From positions 3,752-67,751 of the forward strand of contig JBBKWX010000039.1 of NCBI GenBank assembly GCA_037969175.1: DNA of 64,000 nt. Reading direction: 5' to 3'. Origin of the DNA: Bacteroidia bacterium (GTDB lineage: Bacteria; Bacteroidota; Bacteroidia; AKYH767-A; JBBKVM01). Shown here piece after piece: positions 28,242 to 37,835 of this stretch (its first letter is position 1; each line of letters opens with the position of its first letter). The notes under the pieces are model-generated. The model worked only from the letters and a program-made list of their open reading frames with translations, made no database searches and had not been told where the DNA came from. The position numbers and the translations under genes were made by a program.

Positions 28242-30776
28242 ATGAGAAATAATCCAAAAATCATTTTCTTTTCAATTCTTAGTTTTTCAATTTTATTTTT
28301 TTCGTGCAGCGAAAAACAAGAGAAGCAAAAGAAAACATTTAATGGTGTTTGGAAATCTATGGGTGAATGGTATGATAGCCGTGCCTATCCATATAAAACA
28401 ATTGATACTCAAATCTGGAAAACGGCCTTTGAAAATATGTTGCACAGGGATGGCAACAAACAGAGTTCGTCAGTTACGTCCTGGGAAGCCCTGGGGCCGA
28501 TGAACTTTGGCGGGAGGACACTTTGTATTACTTTTAATCCGATCCGTCCTCAAAGCATGTATGCCGGTTCAGCTTCAGGCGGATTGTGGAGAAGTTACTC
28601 AGGAGCTCTGGGTGTACAGGCATGGCATCCAATACCCACCGGTTTTCCTGTTCTTGGAGTTGCATCGATCGCTATTTCCCCTACCGATACCAATACGATC
28701 TATATTGGCACAGGTGAAGTATACAATTATCAAAACACAGGTACTGGATTTTCGGTTCGAACAACAAGAGGCACCTACGGGATAGGAATTTTAAAGTCAA
28801 TAGATAATGGGATAACCTGGACAAAGTCACTGGATTGGCAGCTTGATGAACTAAAAGGAGTACAGGATCTTTTGATCAATCCGCTTAATTCCAATACAGT
28901 CTGGGCATGCACTACAGAAGGTACTTATGTAAGTTATGATGCCGGAAACAACTGGATATTAAAACATCCTGTTCAAATGGCTACAGACATTGTGATGCCT
29001 CCGGGCGATACATCTGTAGTTTTGATAGCGGCAGGTAATCTGGGTTCTCCCGGAACGGGAATATATAGAAGTACGAATGGTGGCTTTAGCTTTAGTCAAA
29101 TCACCAATGGTCTTCCCGGTTCTTATGATGGAAAAGTTGTTTTTTCATTTTCTGAATCTTCTCCCAATATAGTTTATGCCAGTATTGCAAATTCATTTGC
29201 CGGAGTAGGTCTGTATATTTCAACAAATCAGGGGCTATCCTGGTCTCTTAAAAGTACTGAAGATTATCCTAAATATCAGGGATGGTACAGCCACGGAATT
29301 ACGGTAGATCCAAGTAATTCTAACAATGTGATTGCCTTTGGTATCGATGTTTGGAAATCAACGTCTCAAGGAACCGGATTGATTCAAAAATCCTATTGGA
29401 GTAATTGGAATTTTTCGGCAACTCCTGTTGGTGGACCTGAAGGTCCTTCTGATTATGTACATGCTGATATTCATCAAGCTATATATATGCCCGGATCTCC
29501 CCAAACTGTCTATTTTGCTACAGATGGCGGAATTTTCAGAAGTACGGATAATGGTGAAACATTTTCCGGGCATAATGGCATGTATCATACACAACAATTT
29601 TATGCGAATATTAGTAATTCAAGCACGGATTCATTGTTTATAATTGGTGGGATGCAGGATAATGCCACAGCTGTATATGAGGGTAATCCGGCATGGAGAA
29701 GAGTGATAGGCGGCGATGGTCTAAGTACGGCTGTTGATCCTCTGAATGATAATCGGGTATATGCATCATCGCAATATTTAAATGTATACAGATCGATGAA
29801 TAAAGCAATGAGCTTCGGTTATCTGTCGGGTCTTCCTTCAGGATCTTCAGCTAATACGACTTTTGCAGGTGCTTTTGAACATTGCAGTTCATCCCCTAAC
29901 AAAATGTATGCTGCCAGAACTGAGGTTTACAGATCCTCAAATTATGGTGATTCATTTCAAACAGGTCCTGTTTTAAATGGGAATACAATTATTGCTCTGG
30001 GAGTATCTCCGTTAAATTGTAACTATGTTTTTGCAAGTGTAACACCTGTTCCTAATCCACCCAACAGTATTTATAAAAGTATTGATGGAGGAATAAGCTG
30101 GAATCTTTCTGGTAGCGGTTTACCGGACAGGTATTATATGGATTTTGCATTCGATCCTTTGAATGATCAAAATGTGTACGTCGTTCTTTCCGGATTCGGG
30201 ACCGAACATCTTTATAAAAGCACAGATGCAGGAATCAGCTGGAATGCAGTTCCCGGACTTCCTGATGTGCCTGCAAATTGCATTGTGATCGACCCACTCT
30301 ACCCTTCCAATATTTATGTTGGAACTGATCTTGGAATATTTGTATCAGCAGATGCCGGAGCTTCATGGATCTCCTGGAATGATGGCTTATGGGATGCTAC
30401 AATGGTGATGCATATGACCATATCCAACTCAAATCGGAAATTAAGAATAGGTACACATGGAAAAGGTATTTGGCAACGCGAACTTTTACTGCCGGGAACA
30501 ACTTCAATAAATCAATTAACTAAAATTGAAGGTTCTGTTTATCCCATTCCTGCAATCGATGTATGTACAATAGAGTTGAAAAACATTCAAGGGCAAGCTC
30601 TTGAAATAAAGATCTATGACCTAAACGGAAAGCAAGTTTTTCCTAAATTTTCTATTTCCAGAGATCACAATACTGCTGAGATCCGCATTCAAAAAACAAA
30701 TCTGAATTCCGGATTATATTTGGTTAATGTGAATGATTCACAGAATCAAAAAACGATGCGAATATTGTTTAGATAA
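28242..30776 (+). CDS. BNR/Asp-box repeat beta-propeller protein with a T9SS type-A C-terminal sorting domain.
   Basis: Signal/lipo N-terminus ...FFSCSEKQ. At least 6 S-x-D-x-G-x-T/S-W Asp-boxes (SIDNGITW, STNQGLSW, STDNGETF, SIDGGISW, STDAGISW, SADAGASW). C-terminal CTD ...IYDLNGKQVF...SGLYLVNVNDSQNQKTMRILFR. Confidence 0.75.
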   Translation: MRNNPKIIFFSILSFSILFFSCSEKQEKQKKTFNGVWKSMGEWYDSRAYPYKTIDTQIWKTAFENMLHRDGNKQSSSVTSWEALGPMNFGGRTLCITFNPIRPQSMYAGSASGGLWRSYSGALGVQAWHPIPTGFPVLGVASIAISPTDTNTIYIGTGEVYNYQNTGTGFSVRTTRGTYGIGILKSIDNGITWTKSLDWQLDELKGVQDLLINPLNSNTVWACTTEGTYVSYDAGNNWILKHPVQMATDIVMPPGDTSVVLIAAGNLGSPGTGIYRSTNGGFSFSQITNGLPGSYDGKVVFSFSESSPNIVYASIANSFAGVGLYISTNQGLSWSLKSTEDYPKYQGWYSHGITVDPSNSNNVIAFGIDVWKSTSQGTGLIQKSYWSNWNFSATPVGGPEGPSDYVHADIHQAIYMPGSPQTVYFATDGGIFRSTDNGETFSGHNGMYHTQQFYANISNSSTDSLFIIGGMQDNATAVYEGNPAWRRVIGGDGLSTAVDPLNDNRVYASSQYLNVYRSMNKAMSFGYLSGLPSGSSANTTFAGAFEHCSSSPNKMYAARTEVYRSSNYGDSFQTGPVLNGNTIIALGVSPLNCNYVFASVTPVPNPPNSIYKSIDGGISWNLSGSGLPDRYYMDFAFDPLNDQNVYVVLSGFGTEHLYKSTDAGISWNAVPGLPDVPANCIVIDPLYPSNIYVGTDLGIFVSADAGASWISWNDGLWDATMVMHMTISNSNRKLRIGTHGKGIWQRELLLPGTTSINQLTKIEGSVYPIPAIDVCTIELKNIQGQALEIKIYDLNGKQVFPKFSISRDHNTAEIRIQKTNLNSGLYLVNVNDSQNQKTMRILFR

Positions 30777-30777
30777 T

Positions 30778-32445
30778 TTAGAACCTGACTATCTTTCGAA
30801 CATAGTTTTGTCGGGCTGTTTTCATTTCCAAAAAGTAAATTCCCTTACTGAGATCTGAAGGTGTATCTATTGTTATAGTGTTTATGCTATAAGGCAATAC
30901 ATTTTCAATTTGATTGAATATTAATTTGCCTGTTATATCATGAAATCCAAAATTCAGATCCTGACTTTTATCCGAATAGAACCTTACACTGATCCTATCT
31001 TCAAATGGATTTGGATAAACACTCATCAATTGTTCTGAGCCCGGGTCACTAATCGTATAAGCTGAAAGGTTGAGATTTGCAAGAGCAAAATCGGGTACGC
31101 CATAACCTTTAAATTCATCCGGAGTTAAATATTGATCAGCACTTTGTTCAATTGCCCTGAATATTTCCATATTGTTTTTTATCGGATTGGCTTGCCATAA
31201 ACAAGCTGCAAGACCGGCAACTATGGGTCCGCTAAACGAAGTGCCACTTCCTGTTTGAGTACCACCACCAGATGAAGCAACAATGGCACTACCACCCTGA
31301 GCAGTAACATTTGGCTTGACTCTGCCATCAAATGAGGGCCCTTTTCCACTGAATCCTACATAGGTTTCAAATGCATCAACTGCACCAATAGCAAGTACAC
31401 TATCGCCATCTGCGGCTGCACTGATATGGTACCATGCTGAGTTACCTTCATTTCCTGCACTGTTTACAACCAACATACCTTTAGTAGCAGCGATATCCGC
31501 AGCGATCGTAATTGGAATTGTATTTCCATCCATTTGGTTATATGAATGATCCATCGCTGATTCATCAAACAAGGTGTATCCCAAAGAAGTATTAATAACA
31601 TCCGCGCCTGCACTGTCAGCATATTCTGCTGCAGCAGCCCAGTTATATTCTTCAATTATGTACTCAGTAGGTGCATCTTCAGAACGAAGTAATAAAAAGT
31701 CAGCTTTTGGAGCTGTACCAACCAATTCATTGGGAATATAACCACCGATCAATGAAAGCACCATCATTCCATGCCAGTGATCATCATACACATTCGCATT
31801 TCCATCAACAAAATCCCATGTGGCTTTGATCTGATTGTTTGCTCTCAAAGAATCAAATACAGTCATGATATCCGCATCACTAAATCCTGCATCTATGATC
31901 GCTATTAATTTACCCTGCCCTGCAAAACCCTGGTCATGCAACAAGTGCCCATTCAGCATTGCAATCTGGTTGAATGATGAACCATATGAAAATCCTCCTG
32001 TTTTAAGGTTAGATTCTGCAGCCATATACGGATTTACAAATGATCTTTTGAAACTATCCTCTGCAGGTTCTGTGCCGATATTAATTACTCTACCTGCCAC
32101 TGTAGTTGAACTCACAAATGGTAAAGCCTGGATGGCAGATAATACGGCGGGATCATTTGTTCTGATCACAACAGCATTAAACCATTTGCTTCTATTCAAG
32201 ATCTGTGCACCTTTAGAAATAACAGAATCCACATAGGCCGGATTAACAGGAAGATCTTGAGAAATTATGGAGATATTCTGTGCTGTTCTTCTATTGATCG
32301 CACGCTGACTTAAAAATGATTGAGGTGATGCTATGTTGAAGGGAGAATTATTCTTATCCGTAAAAAATACAACATATCGATCAAGCGATTGAGCGATGCC
32401 GGAGAATGGTAAAAACCAAATCAAGGCAAATAAAAATCTTCTCAT
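30778..32445 (-). CDS. S8-family subtilisin-like serine peptidase with a T9SS type-A C-terminal sorting domain.
   Basis: Catalytic Asp AIIDAGF. Ser motif GTSFSGPIVAGLAACL. Signal peptide MRRFLFALIWFLPFSGIAQS. C-terminus ...MSVYPNPFEDRISVRFY...KGIYFLEMKTARQNYVRKIVRF. Confidence 0.85.
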   Translation of the reverse strand: MRRFLFALIWFLPFSGIAQSLDRYVVFFTDKNNSPFNIASPQSFLSQRAINRRTAQNISIISQDLPVNPAYVDSVISKGAQILNRSKWFNAVVIRTNDPAVLSAIQALPFVSSTTVAGRVINIGTEPAEDSFKRSFVNPYMAAESNLKTGGFSYGSSFNQIAMLNGHLLHDQGFAGQGKLIAIIDAGFSDADIMTVFDSLRANNQIKATWDFVDGNANVYDDHWHGMMVLSLIGGYIPNELVGTAPKADFLLLRSEDAPTEYIIEEYNWAAAAEYADSAGADVINTSLGYTLFDESAMDHSYNQMDGNTIPITIAADIAATKGMLVVNSAGNEGNSAWYHISAAADGDSVLAIGAVDAFETYVGFSGKGPSFDGRVKPNVTAQGGSAIVASSGGGTQTGSGTSFSGPIVAGLAACLWQANPIKNNMEIFRAIEQSADQYLTPDEFKGYGVPDFALANLNLSAYTISDPGSEQLMSVYPNPFEDRISVRFYSDKSQDLNFGFHDITGKLIFNQIENVLPYSINTITIDTPSDLSKGIYFLEMKTARQNYVRKIVRF

Positions 32446-32456
32446 TATTATGATAT

Positions 32457-33131
32457 TTAAAGACTATAACCTTTAAGTTTATAGCGGTAACTAACACCAC
32501 TTTTTATCACTCCATTCGTGAGTGTTTTTACCGAAATAAATTCCTTAAAAACAAGGCCAACATTCTTAGCATAAACTTCAACCGAATAATCGCGAAGTAT
32601 CAGATTAAACTCATCAATTTGTACAACAGTTGCTGAAGAATCAAATGCAAAATTTCCGGTTGAATATGGAACATCTACCTCATCAAATTTGTACTCCTGA
32701 AAACCAAGTGTGTTGAAACTATTTCCGTTCCATGATTTTCCATCTTTAACCGGGAAAACCATTTTTACAAACCGTTCATTATTTTCTGTTTTCTCAAATG
32801 TAGCCGCATTCAGATTTGAGGTCCAAACATCTGTTATAGCCCATTGAGCAGTGTCTTGAGCCCTTTGATAACGTTCGATACGTAATGCGCTCAATCCTGC
32901 ATGATCAACAAAAGATTCAGCGATCAATTCTTTTAGAAAATATCTATAGGTATCAACTGTTTGATTAAACTCATCATAAACAATTGAATCCACAGAAAAT
33001 TCAGTGTACTGGCCTGGTTTATACTGAGCATATCCATATCCGGCATTTAACTCAACCAATTTTTCTTTCTTACAGGCATTGAAGATCAATACTGCAAATA
33101 ATACAATCAAAATTGAATGAATTCTTTTCAT
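32457..33131 (-). CDS. Hypothetical lipoprotein.
   Basis: Signal plus lipobox MKRIHSILIVLFAVLIFNAC-KKEK. The ATG overlaps the mnmA stop (ATGA). No family recognised. Confidence 0.5.
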   Translation of the reverse strand: MKRIHSILIVLFAVLIFNACKKEKLVELNAGYGYAQYKPGQYTEFSVDSIVYDEFNQTVDTYRYFLKELIAESFVDHAGLSALRIERYQRAQDTAQWAITDVWTSNLNAATFEKTENNERFVKMVFPVKDGKSWNGNSFNTLGFQEYKFDEVDVPYSTGNFAFDSSATVVQIDEFNLILRDYSVEVYAKNVGLVFKEFISVKTLTNGVIKSGVSYRYKLKGYSL

Positions 33132-34225
33132 ACGATTGATTTTTCAATAAAACCTCCGCCAATCACATCATCTCCTTCATAGAAAACTGCACTTTGCCCT
33201 GGAGCAACTGCATTTACTTTTTTATGAAATACTACTCTCGCTTTTTCTCCAACCATAGACAGTGTGCTCATCGCACCGGCATCTTTGTACCTGATTCGTG
33301 TGATAGCTTCAAGTCCATCCTCAATTTTATCATACTTAACAAGATTTAGATCTCTAACTATCATTTCTTGTCTTTCCAGATCTTCAAAGTTTCCTAATAC
33401 GACAGTATTCGTTTCAGGTTGTATAGAAGTAACATATAATGGCTTTCCAACAGCAACTTCAAGTCCTTTTCTTTGTCCGATTGTATAAAACGGATAGCCT
33501 CTGTGAGAGCCCAATATTTTGCCATGCACATCTACAAACATTCCACCATCCAGATGATCCACTTTTTCAGGAGATCTGTTTTTCAGGAATGATCTGTAGT
33601 CATTGTCAGGAATAAAACAGATCTCATAGCTCTCCCCTTTTTTTGCAAGTTCATGAAAACCCATGTCATGCGCTATTCTGCGGATTTCAGGTTTTTCAAA
33701 TTCACCTACAGGAAATATTGTACGGGAAAGGCAATCCTGGGTCACTCCCCAAAGCACATAGCTTTGATCTTTTTTATCATCAAGTCCTTTGGAGATAACA
33801 TATCTGCCGTTCTCTTCCCTGATCTTAGCATAATGCCCGGTTGCAATAAACTCACAATCAAGCATATCTGCCCTTTTGGCCAAAGCATCCCATTTGATAT
33901 GTGTATTACACATTACACAAGGGTTTGGTGTACGACCGGCAAGGTATTCATCAACAAAATTATCGATAACATGGTTTCCAAATTCACCACGTATATCAAG
34001 TATATAATGAGGGAATCCGATCTTTACGGCAAGTTCCCGGGCATCATTTATACTGTCAAGACTGCAACAACCTGTCTCTTTCTTACCACCACCGGCTCCT
34101 GCATAATCCCAGGTTTTCATGGTAATCCCAATCACCTCATAACCTTGCTCATGGAGCAAGGCAGCAGTAACGGAACTATCTATTCCGCCACTCATTGCTA
34201 CTAATACTCTTCCTTTTTTACTCAT
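33128..34225 (-). CDS. mnmA: tRNA-specific 2-thiouridylase MnmA.
   Basis: PP-loop VLVAMSGGIDSSV. MnmA-typical conserved Cys-containing segments (CSLDSINDA, PNPCVMCN). Confidence 0.9.
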   Translation of the reverse strand: MSKKGRVLVAMSGGIDSSVTAALLHEQGYEVIGITMKTWDYAGAGGGKKETGCCSLDSINDARELAVKIGFPHYILDIRGEFGNHVIDNFVDEYLAGRTPNPCVMCNTHIKWDALAKRADMLDCEFIATGHYAKIREENGRYVISKGLDDKKDQSYVLWGVTQDCLSRTIFPVGEFEKPEIRRIAHDMGFHELAKKGESYEICFIPDNDYRSFLKNRSPEKVDHLDGGMFVDVHGKILGSHRGYPFYTIGQRKGLEVAVGKPLYVTSIQPETNTVVLGNFEDLERQEMIVRDLNLVKYDKIEDGLEAITRIRYKDAGAMSTLSMVGEKARVVFHKKVNAVAPGQSAVFYEGDDVIGGGFIEKSIV

Positions 34226-34252
34226 TACTTTACAATTCCTTGCAAAGATAAG

Positions 34253-34993
34253 CTATTTTTCACTCGGTTCAGGTGGGTTTTGGAGTACTCCTTTTTTGTA
34301 ATCCTCCTGTTTCTCGACAGTACCATTTTCATTATAATAAAGCCAGGAGCCCTCTTTATCACCATTTTTGTAAGTTCCCCGGATCCATGTTTTTCCGTTA
34401 GAGAAATTGAACAAAAATGGACCATTGGCTATATCCGCTTTAAATGTCATTTGCTTTTGAATGACACCTGTTTCAAAAAAATCGGTTTGTGTACCTTCTT
34501 TTTTACCCTCTTTCCATTGAGTCACCTGAGTCTCTTTCCCTCCGGGAAAATACACTTTCCATGTCCCATTTGGTATACCTTTTCGATAGAATTCAGTCAT
34601 TGAGATTCCACCTTGTTCATCGTAATAATTCCACAGACTATCTTTTTCTATTCCCAGATAGTAACCCGTACCCAACTTCTTTCCAGATTCTGAAAACATG
34701 ACAGAGTATTTCTGATTGCTTTTGGCTTTATAGATTAGCATGGCTTTCATCTTCCCTGAAGCATAATAATACATTGCTGTATCTACCGGCTGACCGTTCC
34801 TGAATTTAGTGCGGGCATATAAAACATCATTGCTGTAAAATTTCTCCCATACTCCCTGCTTCAGTCCTTTCGCATCTGTTCTGTTAATCGTATCTCCGTT
34901 ATGTATGTGAAATGTCTGGGCTTGAGCTAACAAGCCAGAAAAACATACAGAAAATATAAATAGTATGATTTTAATTATTGATTCTGATCGCAT
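34253..34993 (-). CDS. Secreted MORN-variant repeat protein (YwqK-family-like).
   Basis: Signal peptide MRSESIIKIILFIFSVCFSGLLAQA. Repeated G-x-W-x-x-Y/F-Y-x-N-G MORN-variant units (GVWEKFYSNDVL, GTWKVYFPGGKE, GPFLFNFSNGKT, GSWLYYNENGTV). Confidence 0.6.
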   Translation of the reverse strand: MRSESIIKIILFIFSVCFSGLLAQAQTFHIHNGDTINRTDAKGLKQGVWEKFYSNDVLYARTKFRNGQPVDTAMYYYASGKMKAMLIYKAKSNQKYSVMFSESGKKLGTGYYLGIEKDSLWNYYDEQGGISMTEFYRKGIPNGTWKVYFPGGKETQVTQWKEGKKEGTQTDFFETGVIQKQMTFKADIANGPFLFNFSNGKTWIRGTYKNGDKEGSWLYYNENGTVEKQEDYKKGVLQNPPEPSEK

Positions 34994-36144
34994 TATTTCT
35001 TTCTTGTTTTAATAAGATCAACATATAGTTCCTTGAATGCATTCACCATGCCCTCCCATGAAAATCTTTTCTTTTCTTCTTTCACTCCCAAAGTTAACTC
35101 TGCTTGCTTTTCATTATTGTAAAAATCAACAATCGCATTTTCAATCGAAAAACCATCAGGTTCGCAAACATATCCCGCTATACCATGAGGAACTATCTCC
35201 GGCAATCCCCCAACATTGGTAACGATCATCGGTTTTTCAAAGTGATAGGCGATTTGAGTTACTCCACTTTGGGTTGCACTAAGGTATGGTTGAGTAACAA
35301 TATCAGCTGCACCAAACAAATACTTCACTTTGTCATCAGGAATAAATTCATCCATGATGATAATGTTGTCAGAGAGACCATTATTTTGGATAAAATCAGT
35401 ATAACTCTGTTTATCCTCATAAAATTCTCCGGCAACTATAAGCTTGGTGCCAAGAGCTTTAATTTTTTCAGAATTCATTGCTTCTAATAAGATCTGAAGC
35501 CCTTTGTATTTCCTGATAAAACCAAAGAATAACAAGTAATTGTAAGTTGGATCAAGACCTAAAACTTTGCAAGATTCAATTTTCTCAACTTTTTCACCAT
35601 AATGAGAATAAATTGGATGCGGATTATTTCGGATCAATTTAATGTCATCAAATTTCTTAAGATCTGCACCAACAGCATCTGACATTACCATAAAGCCATC
35701 GCATGCTTTCACAAATAGTGATGTGAAAAATTTGTCACCTATTCTTTTTTCATGTGGGATAATATTATCTGCAAAGCCAACAACTCTTCCGGGTATCGAT
35801 TTTCTGGATAATGCTGAAACCAATGCCAGTGTAGGTGCCATAAATGGAATCCAATATCTGAGTATTAGCATATCCGGCTGCTCCTTCTTTATAAATTGAG
35901 CTGTTTTATACCATGACCAGGGATTCACAGAGCTTAATAAGGAATGAATCTTTAGGTTTTCAGGCGCAGATCTGGTTAGATCTATCTGTGATTTACCAGG
36001 AAATAAGATCGAAGGATACTGAAGATAATAAGATATGATCTGCACATGATGTCCATCTGTGATAAATGATTTTGCCAACTCTTCATCAAAGCTTGCTATG
36101 CCTCCCCTCAATGGCCAAGCGGGTCCTACAATAATAATTTTCAA
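34993..36144 (-). CDS. Glycosyltransferase family 4 (GT-B, group 1).
   Basis: N-terminus (TTG)KIIIVGPAWPLRGGIASFDEE. C-terminal GT1 motifs (...EGFGLP-like ...GGLPEIV). The TTG start overlaps the upstream TGA (TTGA). Confidence 0.7.
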   Translation of the reverse strand: MKIIIVGPAWPLRGGIASFDEELAKSFITDGHHVQIISYYLQYPSILFPGKSQIDLTRSAPENLKIHSLLSSVNPWSWYKTAQFIKKEQPDMLILRYWIPFMAPTLALVSALSRKSIPGRVVGFADNIIPHEKRIGDKFFTSLFVKACDGFMVMSDAVGADLKKFDDIKLIRNNPHPIYSHYGEKVEKIESCKVLGLDPTYNYLLFFGFIRKYKGLQILLEAMNSEKIKALGTKLIVAGEFYEDKQSYTDFIQNNGLSDNIIIMDEFIPDDKVKYLFGAADIVTQPYLSATQSGVTQIAYHFEKPMIVTNVGGLPEIVPHGIAGYVCEPDGFSIENAIVDFYNNEKQAELTLGVKEEKKRFSWEGMVNAFKELYVDLIKTRKK

Positions 36145-37115
36145 CTGACCTCAATTTGATTTTCAGTTCCGACGACTTTATCCACCAAATAATCATTTCT
36201 GTCAGCAGCTGAGCGTGAGACCAATTCACCTATAAAACCGGTTAGAAACATTTGAGTACCAATGATCATCGCCAGTAATCCAAAATAAAACAAAGGCCGG
36301 GATGTCATATTATAAGCATCAAAAAAGTATTTCGTTAATGCCAGGTAGACCGCGATACATAATCCTCCAAAAAAAGATAAAGAACCTAATAATCCAAAAA
36401 AGTGCATAGGCCGCTTACCAAATCTAGCCATGAATGTGATGGATAACAGATCCAGGAACCCATTGACAAATCTTTCAAGGCCAAACTTAGTGACTCCATA
36501 TTTTCTGGCTCTGTGTTCTACCGGTTTCTCGGTGATCTTTGAAAACCCGGCCCATTTTGCAAGCAATGGAATATATCTGTGCATTTCACCATATACTTCT
36601 ATGCTCTTCACAACATCTCTATGATATGCTTTTAGTCCACAATTAAAATCATGTAAATTATAGATTCCGGAAACTTTGCTGGTGGTCCAGTTAAAAAATT
36701 TACTTGGAATTGTTTTGGATATTGGATCATACCTCTTTTGTTTCCATCCTGAAACCAGGTCATAGCCTTCTTTCCTTATCATATCGACCATGGCCGGAAT
36801 CTCATCAGGACTGTCCTGCAGATCTGCATCCATTGTCATGACAACCTGACCTTTTGCTTCCCGAAAACCAATATTCAGTGCAGCAGATTTTCCATAATTT
36901 CTACGGAACCGAAAACCTTTTACATTGTTGTACTCCTTGCTTAGTTCTTCAACAACATTCCAGGAATTGTCTTTACTCCCATCATCAACAAAAATTATTT
37001 CTGTCGAAAGATTATTTTCTTTTACTACCCGCTGGATCCATGTACAAAGTTCTGGTAAAGATTCCTCTTCATTGTATAATGGAATGACGATCGAAAGTTC
37101 CGGATTATGCTTCAT
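36141..37115 (-). CDS. Glycosyltransferase family 2 with C-terminal TM helices (polyprenyl-phosphate glycosyltransferase, GtrB/ArnC/DPM1-like).
   Basis: LSIVIPLYNEEESL...IIFVDDGSKDNS...DADLQD DxD-type motifs. Two C-terminal TM segments. ATG at 37113-37115 (MKHNPELS...) is preferred over the TTG-extended 37181 start. Confidence 0.8.
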   Translation of the reverse strand: MKHNPELSIVIPLYNEEESLPELCTWIQRVVKENNLSTEIIFVDDGSKDNSWNVVEELSKEYNNVKGFRFRRNYGKSAALNIGFREAKGQVVMTMDADLQDSPDEIPAMVDMIRKEGYDLVSGWKQKRYDPISKTIPSKFFNWTTSKVSGIYNLHDFNCGLKAYHRDVVKSIEVYGEMHRYIPLLAKWAGFSKITEKPVEHRARKYGVTKFGLERFVNGFLDLLSITFMARFGKRPMHFFGLLGSLSFFGGLCIAVYLALTKYFFDAYNMTSRPLFYFGLLAMIIGTQMFLTGFIGELVSRSAADRNDYLVDKVVGTENQIEVS

Positions 37116-37644
37116 CTGCAGAAAATGGGCTGGCTTTTTTCTTAATAAATAAAGCAATGACTGATGCGAAGATACCACCAAGTATAAAACTCTGCAGGTA
37201 TTGTATCATCAATCCTTTTATAGTGTATTGATCTTCAAAATTTTCGAATCTTGCTAATGCCTTCTCTATTTCATTTTCAGGAGTATTAAAACGCTCCATC
37301 ATCGACAATATCTTGTCTTCCATCAATATTTTCAGATTGGCTGCAAGCGAAGGGTCCACAAAATTGTAAAATATGATATTGAATATCAACATCACAAAAC
37401 CGGAAACTATAAAGGCAGTAAACATTACCAAAAATGCCTCTTTGAATGAAATGTATCCATCCTGCAGTTTACGAAAACTGATTCCTGTATAAATTAAGAA
37501 TCCCAGTAACATTGCAACCAGAAATGCCATGATCCAATAATTCACCATGTATTCAATATTGATAAAATAAAGGGTTATAAATACGATGATATTAATCAAG
37601 CCAAATTTAAGGCCCAGATCTAATGCATATTTCTTTAAATCCAT
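37105..37644 (-). CDS. DUF4199 family membrane protein.
   Basis: 179 aa, 4 predicted TM helices. Typical Bacteroidota partner gene immediately upstream of a GT2 polyprenyl-phosphate glycosyltransferase. Confidence 0.6.
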   Translation of the reverse strand: MDLKKYALDLGLKFGLINIIVFITLYFINIEYMVNYWIMAFLVAMLLGFLIYTGISFRKLQDGYISFKEAFLVMFTAFIVSGFVMLIFNIIFYNFVDPSLAANLKILMEDKILSMMERFNTPENEIEKALARFENFEDQYTIKGLMIQYLQSFILGGIFASVIALFIKKKASPFSADEA

Positions 37645-37715
37645 AATTATTAAATTGATTACAAATGTAAAAATACGATTCGGCTTATTACTTTATTTTT
37701 GTTCAATAATTTTTC

Positions 37716-37723
37716 TACCTTTG
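37716..37723 (+). promoter_or_regulatory. -7 promoter box TACCTTTG for the SRP RNA gene.
   Basis: TAnnTTTG consensus ending 5 nt before the first G of the predicted RNA. An upstream TATTTTTG/TTTG sits at 37694-37701. Confidence 0.4.
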
Positions 37724-37727
37724 TCCC

Positions 37728-37823
37728 GGGTAAGTCTTATACGACCAGCTCCTATTGAAATTCCCCAGGATCGGAAGGTAGCAAGGATAAATGGTTGAGC
37801 GGTGCGATGTAAGTAGCTTACCC
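37728..37823 (+). ncRNA. ffs: Signal recognition particle RNA (small bacterial type, 4.5S).
   Basis: 96-nt sequence GGGUAAG...CUUACCC with a 7-bp terminal helix. Domain IV motifs CCCCAGGAUC-GGAA-GGUAGCAAGG: GGAA tetraloop closed by C-G, with flanking AGG/AGCA loop. Compare E. coli CCAGGUCCGGAAGGAAGCAGCCAAGG. The 3' GAUGUAAGUAGCU resembles the E. coli GAUGUAGCU. It is followed by T7 (37824-37830). It lies in a 190-nt gap between minus-strand operons. Confidence 0.8.
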
Positions 37824-37835
37824 TTTTTTTGTGCC

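Noticed and set aside
34253-34993. Considered whether the YwqK-like MORN protein is an antitoxin/immunity protein of a polymorphic toxin system.
   Set aside because: No adjacent toxin (deaminase or nuclease) gene. The protein has a signal peptide and is coupled to glycosyltransferases, so it is more likely an envelope-associated repeat protein.
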